This document shows, in pieces, positions 10,991-23,549 of a DNA stretch of 64,000 nucleotides. Position 1 is the stretch's first letter. Each line of letters opens with the position of its first letter. The position numbers were made by a program, and so were the translations under genes. This DNA is from Raillietiella orientalis (Eukaryota), in NCBI GenBank assembly GCA_036172245.1, contig JAYWIR010000003.1, positions 1,240,001 to 1,304,000 of the forward strand, read 5' to 3'. The notes below the pieces were generated by a model, which saw only the letters and a list, made by a program, of their open reading frames with translations, was not told the DNA's origin and made no database searches.

Positions 10991-13174
10991 CTGAAAGAAA
11001 AAAAAAAAAAAAACAGCTGGAAGGAAAGCAGCGAAAACAGAAGAATTCCCAAAGGGATTCCCACCATCCTAGGCCAACAGCAACGATCTCCCCGTGAAGT
11101 CGCTACTGGCCCTTAAAAAAAAAAAAAAAAAATGGTCCTCGTTGGCGTGTGGTGCAAAGCACGGACAGACGCGGGCTTGTCACAAGGACGCAGAAGCAAC
11201 AGCGGCAACCCGATCCGAAACTCTGAGGCTGCTAGATGAGGGTAGGGATCGGATCAGGAAGCCGATGCTGAGAAGCTGCAATCCTCGTGCGTCCTGAAGC
11301 TTCGAGCGCCTTCCTTCAGTTTCATCGAAGATCGTTGTGACATCTGCTTTTCTCCTGCTCAGCACGAACTTGTCTTGCACTTTCGGTGGTTCTTGCGCTC
11401 TACCTTTAAGGTGCCTTTCCGTACGAATGATTTCTGCTCGCTCTTTGGTTTCACGGCCGCCGCTCTCGGCAAGTGTCAGGGGTTGTCGATCCCTCATCAA
11501 GATGGCAGCTCGGGGTTGAGATTTCCTGGAGTTCTTGAAACTGGATGCACTGCGATACCTTCGGGGGGTTCCATCTTCATCGATCTTGCTCAGAAGCGGT
11601 TGCTAGGATCCAGCCCTCGTTGCCTTCGACAAGACCGGAATGCGTTCCGAAGCGACTGCTGCGTCGGGAAGACTGGTGCTGTGGTTTCCTGCCGCCTCCT
11701 CCGGATTGTTCCAGTGGCAAGGGTAGTCAGGGGTCCGACTCTTCAAATGAGCTATTGAGATCTGACCAGAATCCACCTGGTTACCACTAGCTCTTTTAGA
11801 TTCGAGATACTCGGAATAACCCCTCTTGATCCTTCGATTCATAAGAGCCGTTGACCTTGATCTTTGGACTGTAGATTACTAGGCAGTGGCTTTGTAAATG
11901 ACTTGTTTCAGATTTCAGAGTGCTAAAGAAGAGGACATGAAAACAGATGAAGGCAGAGATTCCACAACCTATCTCTTCTCTTCCATTTGTGCTGTAATTT
12001 TCGGAGTTTCTCATATTACAGGAGTATTCCTGGATGTTTCAGAGAGGAGAGAAGAATTTATCAACGCCGCTACAGAAAGCAAGGAGAGCAGAAAGAGAGA
12101 AAGATGAGGATAATCGCAAGGTAGGAGAATCGTCTTCAATAGATCAGTTAGAAGCCAGACGAGGCTTACAGAAAGGCACGACGAGCTGGTGGCCCGGGTC
12201 AGAAGTGTCATCCTGAAATTCTGGGAGTTGTCCATTCAGCACACAAAGATCGGAAACCGAGGTCCGATATGGTGCTCCAGGGCGAATGAATGGTAGTCAT
12301 ACCCGACGTCGCTTGCCCTTGCGAGTATTCGTCTGCGTCACTGGGAGATGTAAGATCGAAGAGAGAGAGCTAGTAGCGGGGATTGGCTTCCCGATTCACC
12401 TGGGATCCGGCAAACGGTGAACTGCTGAGGGTACTGGAAAGTTCCAAGAATCAGGTGGGGCACATCGGAAAGGGGGCGGTGCACTGGAACATGCAGCATT
12501 TCCACGACGGGTGCTGGGAACAACGGATGGACCAACTCCCGCACTGAAAGGACATTCGGATGTCAAAGAAGGGGTTGAAGAAAGATGGTGCAAAGATGAT
12601 TCTCCCTCCTTCATCTTTTTCTAACCCTTCCTTGACAACGTCCCGTGTGCCTGAATGCCAACAAGAAAGGTCAGGTCATTTCAGGCACACTGAGTTCACC
12701 AAGTGACTCCTTTTTTTGGATCTCGATTACAAGATCAATGCAGGATAATTTAGGGCAAAGGGGTTCGGATCACTGCCCTAAATGTCGTCGTTGCTATCCT
12801 CGTCCATGTGCTCATCGTTGAGGGAGGTAGTCAAACATCCTACGCACGGCGGAGGGCAACGCACTCCAAAAGTAGGCGCAGCAAGGTTTCCTTTTCGCTG
12901 CTCCTGTCACACTCTGGGGTCACACTTTCCCCTGGTCCAGCGATAAAGGCGTAGATTGCGCGGGGAGGTTGCGCGCAGCAGGATTTTGTAACTTGGACAA
13001 GAGTCGTCTTCTCCTCTGTGAAGCCAATTCTATTGTCTGGGCAAAATCTCCTGCTCTTCTGTGCTCGAATTCGCTGAAGAAGATGCAAAGGGAGGGGGGG
13101 GGGGGACGGAGCACGCAGACCAAGATACCTGCCTGAATGGTTGCAGGGAAAAAAAAAAAAGGATGCTTGAAAGC

Positions 13175-13774
13175 GGAGCAAATTCGGTACGCGTCGTTTT
13201 CGAGGCTTCCTCTCCCGGATCGCACACTTTGAAGGACTTCCGACAGATGCTCCGGGCGCAATCAGCGTTCGGAGCGGCATGAGATCGCGGATCACGTCAC
13301 GAACAGATGATTGCCAGCATCTGAGGAGGGAGCAGCAGCAAGGAAAATCGGGGAACGGTGCGAAGAGACGCATGGAGATGGCACGGAGTGGAGCATCGCA
13401 AGAAGGTCGAGGCGGCTCCCTCAACAGGGAGACGAGGACGCTGCCGGCTGCGTTCCGGGCACGAAAAGGTAGTTCCGGTCCACGCTGCACCGAGAAGAAC
13501 GGGACGCTGACGTTGCTGCTCTGCAAAGGGACGAAGAGCGTGCTGGACGGAGGCGGGAAATGAGCCGGATCGGCCTTCGCCTGGCAACGGCAACGAGAGA
13601 GGACCAGCGTGGTTTGTGGCCGGCAGAAGCCGTAGCTTCTGGGTGGTGTGGCTGGTCGCAGCGGGTCCTAGGAGAGCTTCCCGAAACAAGGCTGCAGGCG
13701 GTTGTTTCGCATTGGCGAAGAGGAGTCGGGAGCATGGCGGCGATTATGCCGAGCAACAGTGCCCGAGGCACGTG
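13175..13774 (+). repeat. 600-bp near-identical direct duplication, copy 1
   Basis: Matches 59405-60004; only two mismatches seen (13381 g/c, 13424 a/g). Confidence 0.95.
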
Positions 13775-14310
13775 GCCGGTTCTGCAAAAAAATTTGAAGG
13801 TGTTCGAGAAGTTTTTGGCTCACAAGAAACGAATGAGGGCAACAACTGTTAGGGGCCTCCGCGGCACAATTCTGTTCACATGAAGTTCGGGATGCGCCTG
13901 AACACCCACGCTCACCATGGCTGATGGATGAAAGGAAGGGAGTGGTACGTGCTGCACCCTGCCGTGGTTCATACGAACAGCAAGCGCTGCCCCAGCCAAG
14001 CAAGCGCTGGAGCGCGCGCTGCTCGAAGGACATCAGGGAAACGAACGAGGTTCCAGCAAAGCAGGATTCTCAAAGTCTTCACGCTGGAACACCATCGAAC
14101 CCTGTCGAAAGGACGATCCCCGACCGCGCAGACACCGAATCGAGTGCATTTTCCGGGAATCGAGAGCGGAAGGAGTGTCAAAGTAAAAGAATCTACTGGA
14201 TTCTGGCAGATACCTCAAAGGGAAAATCAGCTCACGGAGGTGTGGGTCGAAGACGCGACTGCCTTATCGAGAGGCATCAATCCGGATGTCATCGGAAAAA
14301 TTCAAAGAAA
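13560..14310 (+). mobile_element. Degenerate tyrosine recombinase remnant (DIRS/Ngaro-like)
   Basis: NSARGTWPVLQKNLKVFEKFL resembles the YR N-terminal helix; frameshifted KSAHG..RR / ATALSRGINPDVI resembles the HxxR box; nucleotide homology to 20640-20800 (-). Confidence 0.4.
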
Positions 14311-15409
14311 AAGATCGTGGTTTCCTTGACTTCCTGCACGGATCGCAAAAGGGGGGAGGGGAAAAAAAGATCCAAAAAAAAAAGAGAGTAAGGAAAAACA
14401 GTGTGGAGGACCTCAGCGAGATTGAGGTTTCATGGAGAAGGTGCTACGAGATGATTTCTGGATGAACGAAAGTTGCGTTCGACGGACGAACAAAGGGATC
14501 TCGCGGAACTTCATTCAGGGATTCTCAACTCTTTAATCGATGCTTCGCACAAGGAAGCGAGGAGCTCTTTTCTCCGCTTTTCATCCGTCAGGAGCTTCTT
14601 ATCTCCGAGAAACAGCAGTGAGGACGTTCATCAAGGATCCCGTCTTCGGGAAATTAGGGGAAAACTATCGGGTGCACGCGTGGTCGCAGAAAACACCACG
14701 CGCTCTTACCGCTTACGAGCTATCGGCTCAGCTATCTGCTGGACCGAGAGCCGGTTACGTCGGAGAGCCTTCGCTGTCTCCGCTCGCAGGGGAACGTTCC
14801 CGAAGCGTCTTCGGTGGACGATCGAGCGGGGAGCCGCCTCGCGCCTCATCTCCCGACGTACCTCGAAGGATGCTTATCCTGCTCTTCTTCCAGGAAGTTT
14901 TCCGCGAACCCAGAGACCGGAATCGAAGAAGGAGCGGATCGCATGCTCTTGTGCGACCGCGCTCACTTTCTGACTCCCTTCTTGGCCCCGTGGTCAGGAA
15001 GACAGCTCTCAATCCCCGCTGATCAGAGCAGCGCCACCGCCATCTTCGGATGCAGCAGCAGAACTTCTAGGACGAGGAAGAGAGAGCGAATCGGCGCATG
15101 TTTAGGAGAGCTCCACGCAGCAGCTTCACACTTACTGATTGCCATCGCTGACCTCACTAGTAGCACCGATAGTTGTCTAAAATCAGTTATGGGCTCAGGT
15201 TTCAGGTGTTGATTTGGAACACTATAACCAATCTGTGTAATCAATTGATAGAAAATGTCCCAGTGGTCGTGCCGACCTTAATACCAGTATGAACAATCGA
15301 ATGATGGCTGTTGCTCTCAATCTAACTATGTTGGTAGGCAAACTTGTAGGAGCTTACCCTACTGCCCATGCTGGTTCTCTATTGGCTTTGCTTTTTTTTC
15401 CGGGTTTTC

Positions 15410-16175
15410 TTTTTTTTTTTTCGCAGAGTACCTCGAGAGCGGTCACGTCCCTGGCGGCGGCTCATGCAGCTCTTTGACACTGTTCCACGCCACCAAGGGT
15501 GCGTGTAATTCTTCAAGATGGAGAGGTGCCTCTGCAGGGGACCGCCCTATGAATCCAGGAAGGGCTCAGATTCCGTTCCTCTCACTCCTGGAAAGGGATC
15601 CCCGAAGTCTGGTTGCCTCCACAGGGAACCTCCAAGGGAAGCTCCTTCCTTATTCTATACGGAGGGGTCTGCTCCATTTTTTCTTCTCCAAAGGGACTCG
15701 GAAAGGATCCAGTATTAGAAATTTCTTCTCCAGAGGGACCCTCGCAAGGGAACCTTTCCTGATTTTCTCCATGGAAGAGAACCCCGAAGGGACGCTTCCG
15801 AAATTTCTCAGAAGGGAGCGGCACGCTTCTCTGCACTCTGGAGAGGTACCACACCAACCACATGGTACGAGACGGAGGCCCCCCTTGGAGGAAGGGGGTC
15901 CGCTTCCTTGCACGACCGGAAGAAATCCTGGATTCTGTCTACTGGAAGGACCCGGAGGGTCTCCCAGTCCCAGCCACTCTTCGGGGGCATCCGGTTTGAA
16001 CTGCTACCAGTGCCACATCCGAAGACGGGCCAATCAGCGTCATCTTGCAGGAGGAACTCGAACCCACGACGCACCCCCTATCTCTCGGAATATCGGACTC
16101 TTTCCGTGTATTCGAACCTGCGACGCTTGGTGGTGCCGTGCGCGGAGACCTCAGTTGCCACGTGGCCTCCGACGC
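15410..16175 (-). mobile_element. tRNA-headed SINE-like element, near full length
   Basis: Minus-strand head GCGTCGGAGGCCACGTGG...GCGTCGCAGGTTCGAATAC; second B-box-like GCGTCGTGGGTTCGAGTTCC; A-tail at 15410-15421. Confidence 0.75.
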
Positions 16176-17500
16176 AGCCAAACGTCCTGCATCTACGGTG
16201 CAGGTGCCACGTGCAGAAAGAGCTTTGCTTGGAGCTCTGAAGACTCGCCACGCTACTCCAAAATGTGGTTCGATTTGCCATGCTCATTCAGCTGGGCAGA
16301 GCAGCACTGGAACCAAAGGGAAAGCACCACGTATGCTGGCAACTCCAACATCTTGTTTGGATGCTCTAAAAGAAGCAGCTGGTCATGCTCTAGGACAAGA
16401 ACGTCGATTCAAGCAAGGAGCCAGGCTCAAAGAATTAGAGAAGGGCACTCTTAGTAGGGCATCTCGTCTGGGAAGCCGCCAGGCTAAACTTCACTACCAC
16501 ATTTATACACCACTCCCACAAAGGAAGTTCACGAGTATCTGACTGTTACAGACTCAATTCTGCCAGTAAAGCGGGGATGGACATCATCATAAGATGATGC
16601 TCCATAACAACATAAAAGGATGAAAATTCAGGAAAAAGGCGCCTGTCATTGAGGAACACCAGGCACCACGTATTGGAAAAAACAAGCGCGCCTAAGAAGA
16701 AATTTCGCGATTCCAAGAATCAGCAGACTTTCGAGTACGAGAAGAAGAAGAAGAAAAAGACGCCTTTGCCTTTGCCTGCAGTGTTTCAGGAGGTTGACGA
16801 TCAGCTGACGTTGTTCATGGCACTTTGCCATCAAACGTAAAAAATAACAACAGCAGCAGCAGCAAGATTCTCAGGTAACTCGGAAAGTAAGACTTTCCTC
16901 ACACCCGGGAAACTTCGAATTCCGACAGTTCGTTGTTGTTGTCTCATAAAAAAAGAAGAAAAAAGATGTAATTGAGCCGCCGGAAGATGCACAAGGGGAT
17001 CTGCGGTAATCTACCCGTACTGGCGACCTTGCTTCTTTCTGAACAGAAACGAACTCCAAAACCATCTCAGGAGTTGAGGTTGCTTCATGGAGATGGTGCA
17101 GTGTTAGAACCACCGAAAAGTGAAAGAAAGGAGTTTGCTCCTGTGATGGTTGAGGAACCTTGGCTACGGATAACTCGGATGCAGCTGATTTAGGTACAAT
17201 GCATCTAGCATTCTTCAATTACCTCTCTTCACTTTCAAGCGCCCCCGATGTCCATCGTTCCCAACCGCTGATGGAAAAAAAAAAGGAAAAAGAAAGGGTC
17301 ATTTTAGGCGCATTTAAGTGTTAGGCGTGTTGAGCGCGGTTCAACTCGGTAACTCTCCGAAGCAGATGGCCCTATGAATATCCTGAATAACGAATCCTTC
17401 ATGAGGCTGGACGATGAGGATGCATCTGCACTTTCATAGTCATCTAAAAAACTCAGCTGATGGAAATAGAAATGGAAATCTTTACTGCACATCTCACTGA

Positions 17501-18106
17501 TCTCGGGGGAGTTGCCTCCCAGAACTGTAGAAGGTCCAGAGCAGTGGAATCGCTCCCGCAACAGCTCTTCGACTGAGGTAGCCTCCCAGGACTGTAGCAG
17601 AGGCTGTCTTCAGCACTCATGCGCCAAAGGGATACCACCATCGGCATCATGCGCCGCTTCTTCGCCCGTGGCGGCCTCTCTCTAGGTGCGGCCATCGCAA
17701 CGATCTGTTGCATCCGCGCTATCGTCATGGCCGCCGCCTGCTGGAATCTCGAGCGATATCCAGAGAGGTCACCAGGATTGCCGACGACAACTGAGGACGG
17801 CTGCTAGGTGGCCTCATCTCAAGGAAGCCTCAAGGAAGAAGATCTCCGGCATTCAACGCCGGTTCTGAAACGACGGAACGGACGAAGTCAAAGACCCCTG
17901 TCCCTTCCCCCACCCATGTCTTTTTTTTTGTATTTTTTATATCTATTTGTGATCTTCTCCTCCTTACTGTTCCGGACTTTTGATGTGACCGACCTGTGTA
18001 TCGAAGAACCCTCCCCTTGAACTTCTTTTCCCTTAGTCAGGGAACTTTGTTCCTGGATTTGTTTGTTCTTTTTTGAAATGAATGCCCCGGCGTAACCGGG
18101 TGATAA
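17501..18106. mobile_element. Second 5'-inverted LINE insertion (older, degenerate)
   Basis: 10-bp TSD ATCTCACTGA (17491-17500 and 18107-18116). ~17501-17615 on - reads KSCCGSDSTALDLLQFWE (zf-like); ~17616 onward on + reads IMRRFFARGGL...ICCIR; ends in the family terminus atgccccggcgtaaccgggtgataa. Confidence 0.65.
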
Positions 18107-19402
18107 ATCTCACTGACCCGACATTTGGATGTCATTTGATTTCCGTGTGGTTCGCACTTGACCACTGCATTGTTGAAGATGCGATCAAAGTGTCTCAATC
18201 TCAGTTACGCAAGATGCACAGTGGGTAACGCATGGATCACCAAGGCAACGAGCCCTTCAGCATCGGCAGGATCGTGGAGCAGATTTGGATCTCGGTGAGT
18301 TGATCTTGCGTCAAAGAACGTCCAAAAGAACGTACGTCGATGGCCCGAAGAGGAAAAAAAATAAGAAGAAAAAGATATGTTTCTTACTGACTCTCTCCGC
18401 CTCTCAGCTCACCTCCAGATCATCCGTGCTCTGACGCCGCAAGTAGGGCAAATCACACCGCATCCAGTGCGTCATCGTTCCGGAGCTTTGTGAAGTTCCA
18501 GGTGTTTATGCAAAGTGAGTCGGATTCAATTTCTGGTCCAGACGCTAACGCCTGCATCGATCATTCTTCTGTTAGACAGTTCATCATTGCTACCGTGCAA
18601 GGTGCAGTCGCACAATATCGATTCCGGTTGATCTCACGGGAAAAAAACAAAATTCAGTGCACGAGCATTTTCCGCCATTTTTTTTTTTGGCAATTGGCTG
18701 CTGCCCTATCGGAAAGGAATTTTTTTTTAGGTAGTAAGCAAAGATGTAAGGGTAGTAAAGATGCCAGCAAAGATGGCGTGCTTTCCACAACGTGCTTTTC
18801 CCCAACTTTGTTCTCTTCTGAAAAATGAAGGCGGGAGGATCGGGAAGGCACTTTCTTGGGTCGGTTTCCAAACTCTGTTGTACTGCCGGCCTTCTAGATG
18901 AGTGCCTGCAGGCGCTCGCTCGTGCGTGGGGACCTTTTTCGAGATTGCAGCCAAGGGAGGGACGGAGAAGGATAGAGGAAGAAAGCTGTCCTGAAGCGAC
19001 AGGACAGCATGCTTCAGAGGCCAGATGCGACCTCAGGGGTGCAAGCGGGAAGAAGGGTTCTGGCAAAGCGACTCACAGATTCTTTCCTGACGCCCCACGA
19101 CATGGGAGAGCTGGCCATCGATCGTTTCCCGGACGACTAAGGACAAGGCGATCGCAAGATCCTTCTACACCCCTGTCGTTCGGAGCACCATGGCTAGCAC
19201 TGCACTTTTGCAACGCCGGGCGGAAGTCTGGGACTCTGCCCGCACCGTTTTTCGTGTGCAGCGGTCGCAGTCCTTCGGGACTCGGAGCGCTGGTGGCACA
19301 GTCCTAGGTGGAGGGCTCGGGTCCACTTTGTCGCTCGCACAGCGGGGAGGGGAGGGGGGCGGAGGTCCTCGCAACCGCAAATTGGATTCCCCAGGAGGCT
19401 TG

Positions 19403-20143
19403 AAGGCACAGTGCATCTGCCTACGAAACAGCAGATACACTCGTCAGTCGTTGAGGGAGATACTGGGTAACACCAGGAATCTGCTTTGGGAGTCGTTCAC
19501 CCCTCTTTCCCCACCTGCTCCCATGGGAAAGGAAGAGACAGAAACCTTCCGGCAAACTGGGATGTGACGTGAACTATCGAAAATAGAAGAAAACACCTAA
19601 ATGCCTGGATAACTCGGGATCTGACAGATGCTGCCACTCCGAATGTCCAGAGGGCAACCCCAGAAATTTCCTGAAGCGCCTCTTCCAGCGCGACGCCTTC
19701 ACGCTGGCCGCATCCCTAGCAGCACTTTTCTGCCCATGCGGCGGGACCGTGGCTGCATGGAGCAACTCCAGAGGAGGCCAGGACGACAGGGATGCCATCC
19801 ACTTTGCCGTCCTCTCCATGAGGATGGCTTCAAGATGGCTTCATCTGGGGACCTTTAAACAGGAACTTGCCGGGCATCCTTACAAGGATGCAGAGGACGC
19901 CCAGCATCCGGTGATCCCTTCCCAAACCCTCCCAATTTTTTTTGTGTATGTATTTTTTTGTTTTATTTTTGTTTGCCCCTCGCTCCCCCTTTCTGCTGCC
20001 GAGGCGAACCTTGCCAGCCTCAGTGCCGGTACTCGGCAGGTTGCCATGGTTACATTTGTAACGTGGCAGGACCAAGCGTCCTGCTGCTGACCTGTATGTT
20101 TATTTTTTATATAAACAAACGTCCCGGAGTAACCAGGTGTCAA
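19403..20143 (+). mobile_element. 5'-truncated, internally deleted L1/Tx1-like LINE
   Basis: TSD CCAGGAGGCTTG (19391-19402 and 20145-20156). YTRQSLREILGNTRNLLWESF...AWITRDLTDAATPNV joins directly to the PRNFLKRLFQRD region; 3' half nearly identical to 48820-49300. Confidence 0.85.
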
Positions 20144-20156
20144 TCCAGGAGGCTTG

Positions 20157-20930
20157 GCTGTGCTGCTGGCAGGCAGCTCTCTGCAGCAATGTGGGACTGC
20201 GCAGTCCCACGGTATGCGTCGTGTTGGGGATTACCCCCTCCGGAGAGCGTCAGGAAGGACCGCTCCTGGCATCTCTTACACATGCCATTGCGATTCGATG
20301 GCAACTGACTGACTCTGACGTCAAAACCGGCCCGCCAGTCGGAGAATCGCATGTGCCAGCGGCGTGAAGGACGTGGTGGAATCGCCACCCGGGATCCAGT
20401 CGATGCATTCACGGTGCACTCGGCTCGCGGATTCCTCTCCATGGATTCTCGTGGGGTGCATCCCTCAGCCTTCTTCGATGCCACCCACTGGGGATATCTG
20501 TCGTTATGTGCCCTCTATTCAGGTTCCCATCCGAGGTCTCAACATGCATATCTTGAGCTTCCTATTCGATTCTCTCGCGCACAAGTCCAAAGGTTCGTCG
20601 ACTTCCTGGGATGTCGGTCGTGTGCCAGAAGCCCCTGCGATTCCAACAGGGTTCTACGAAGTCTCAAGGCAAAGCATTTGAGAACCCTACTTTGCTAGAG
20701 CCTCGCTTGTTTTTCTCGATATCTTCCGTGCAGCCTGAGCTTCAGTGTTCTCTTGCTTGGACAGCCCTCATGTTCGTTCGAACCTTGGCAGGGTGCAGCA
20801 ACGGCGCCCACGATTTAGGCAAGCACCGCCTAAGCAGCAGAGTAGGAGCAGGCGCTTCCTTGGACACAACAACTCTCAAAAAGGCGGCATCGGTGCTTAG
20901 GCAACAGCTTCAAAACACGTCGGAATCTGC
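20157..20930 (-). mobile_element. Degenerate tyrosine recombinase-like remnant, homologous to 13950-14110
   Basis: Reverse complement tgctgcaccctgccaaggttcgaacgaaca...gcaaagtagggttctcaaa...gaaccctgttggaa aligns to the 13950-14110 segment. Confidence 0.4.
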
Positions 20931-21214
20931 GGAGTGCAGTCGGAACTCATCGCGTCTGCCTGTTGGTTAGGAGCATTCCCACAGAATCGCCACGTAACCT
21001 CCTTTCACACGCCTTCCACTCCATTGATTTGCCATCGCGCATTTCCTCGAACCTGCCCGCCTGGCCAACACCTCCTCTTCCTCGTCTGCCCCCGGGGGGC
21101 GTGGGAAACAGGGGAAAAACGGCGATATGCGTGCGGCTCGGTGGGTGGCGCGCGCGCCGGCGCTCTTCAGGCTCTCTCCCCTCGGATCCGGCACATTGTT
21201 CGCTCTATTTTTTC

Positions 21215-21685
21215 TTCTCCGAAGGGAACCTTGGCATTTCTTATCCAGAACCCGCAAGGGAACCTCTCCTGGTTTCCTCTACAAAAGAGAACCGCGAAGG
21301 GACGCTTCCGAAATTCAGAAAGACTCTGCTTAACCGAAGGGATCGGCTCACTTTGGACTCTCTTTGGAGAGGTGGCGACACACCTACACCAGGGCTGGTC
21401 CACCTGGAATGGAGATCCGCTCCTTCATAACCGGAACTCCTCACTCCTTAATTCCAGGAAGGACCGGAAGGTCGACTTCCATTGCTCCGACCCTCATCGG
21501 AAGCATCCGGTTTTAACCGCTACCAGTGCCACACACGGATGAATGCAGGCCGACCAGCATCATCTTGCGGGAGGAACTCAAACCCACGACGCACTGCGTC
21601 GATTTCTTTTCTGCGGAGTATTTGAACCTGCGACGCTTGGTGGTAGCACGCGCGGAGACCACAGTAACCACACAGCCTCCGACGC
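21215..21685 (-). mobile_element. tRNA-headed SINE-like element, 3'-truncated
   Basis: Head GCGTCGGAGGCTGTGTGGTT...GCGTCGCAGGTTCAAATACTCC; body aligns to 15740-16175. Confidence 0.75.
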
Positions 21686-23549
21686 GGGCGGGCATGCAGG
21701 CCGCCATTTCCGGGCGGTCTGCTTGGTGCGCGTCGGTTTGTCGGTGCTGCGAGGAGATGAAACGGGAAGCAAGAACTGCAGATGACGAAGAGCGATGAAC
21801 CTTCACTTGCGCGCGCGCTGCTGAAGCAACGAGATGGAGTGAACCCCTCCCTCCCCCTCCCACAAAAAAAAAAAATTTTTTTTAGACCCTTCGTGATTCC
21901 GAGTCGAAGAACGGGATGGCTCTTTTAGAAGTCCGTTAGGTGAGAGGGGAGCAAACCGGACGCCGATGTGATTAGATCACGGCGGAATCGCTTCCTGGAG
22001 CAGATCTGTGCTCTGAGCCGTTAATCCTTTTCCTCACGGTCGGAAGATGAAAGCTTCAGAATGATGGGATGGAAATGGCAGAATCCTCACATGGAAGCAA
22101 GCAACCTGGCACGACATCCATCTGTTTGTTCTTGAATCCAGACTCTCCGATGCACTCGAAGAGAGGAGCAGGGCCTTCGACGCCGGTGCTCCAGCTGCCT
22201 ACAGCAAAGAGGAATCGCGCGGCCTGCTTCCGGGTCGGTGATGCCTGGGAGCGCTTTAGAACGGAAACTGCAAGAATACGGAAAGAGCTTAGCGGAACGG
22301 AACAAACGCAGAATCCGAAGATCCCAGGAACGAGAGAGCATCGGTAACTGCTTCGGTTCGCAGCAGCACGGAACACCTTTTGACCAAAGGTCGGAGCTTC
22401 CCGTCCTTCCTGAAGAAAGGAATCAAAAGAAGGCGTGACGACAACCTCCGTTGCGTGCGTCACGCCATCTCATCCATCGCCTATGAGATGGGGACTCATC
22501 TGCGGAAAGGCACTTCAGTACATGCAGGGTGAATAAATTTGGTACGAGTTTGGTAGGAACTGAACTTTAGACATCAGCAGTCTGCTTCCCATCTCAAGAA
22601 GCGAACTGGCAGAAGATGGGGAGTGGAGATTCTCTGCCATGGGTACGTTTGAAGGATCTCAAAGCATCCCCCGTGGAAAGGTCCTGTAGATGGAGTCAGG
22701 TGCAGCCTGAAGGATGTGCACCAATCGGTCGCATGCTTAATCTCGAAACGGAGATGTTGGGCATATCATCAGTTAGCTGGAGTTGAAAGGAGGTTAATAA
22801 CGGAAAACACATCCATCTACGGTCATCAAGGTCACGGTTCCCTTGCCAATTCATGATTGGTCCCTCCCCACGTTCAGAAAACCTCCGGTCCCGCGGGCGC
22901 GTGGAAAAGGCGTGCTGGAAAACGCCTGTCTTCGCAGTTCTGAGCGGGCACCCTGCGTCCCTCTTCCTGTCTGCCAGCAGTCCGAGGTCACCCTCCTTCC
23001 TCTTTGCAACGGCGCACCTTAGAATGGTGCTCTCTCTGCTCCATCACCCCCGAGATTCCTGTGTGTTCCCATTTTCTGGCACAATCCACAGACAGACCAC
23101 AGTTCCCACGGCTAACTATACAGAATTCATTGGTCCATCAGCGACGCGGTCGGCTTTCGGGAATTCGGAGAAATTTCACATGGCCTTCCGAGCAGGATGA
23201 GAGCCGAAAATCCAGGAGAGATCGGTTCTTTCAGGCGCGAACCGGAGCTGGAGGTGGGGATTCGTGAAGACGTGGCTGAAACACTCGTCCCGCGTCCAGA
23301 ATCCTGTAGCGGCCATAGAAGGCGCGTCTTCCCGTGCTTCCTGCAATCTGGCAACCACCGGGTCCTTCGGGGCCTGAAGCAACGGTCAAAAATCCCTCCT
23401 TGCTCGGGAAACCCGATAGCGGGATAAACGCGCGATTCTTCCCAAGTGATCTCGGATCCGCGTCCCAGTTCTTCTTCGATTCGGCATGCCGATCGAGAAG
23501 ATCAGTCAGGCTGCCACGGGGTCTGAAGACCCTATATTTTACCCCCTGT

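Noticed and set aside
15474..16454. 326-aa ORF and the related MNPGR... ORFs (35766-35996, 54385-55167, 62446-62652)
   Set aside because: They are antisense to the SINE-like repeat, and the frames are not conserved between copies.
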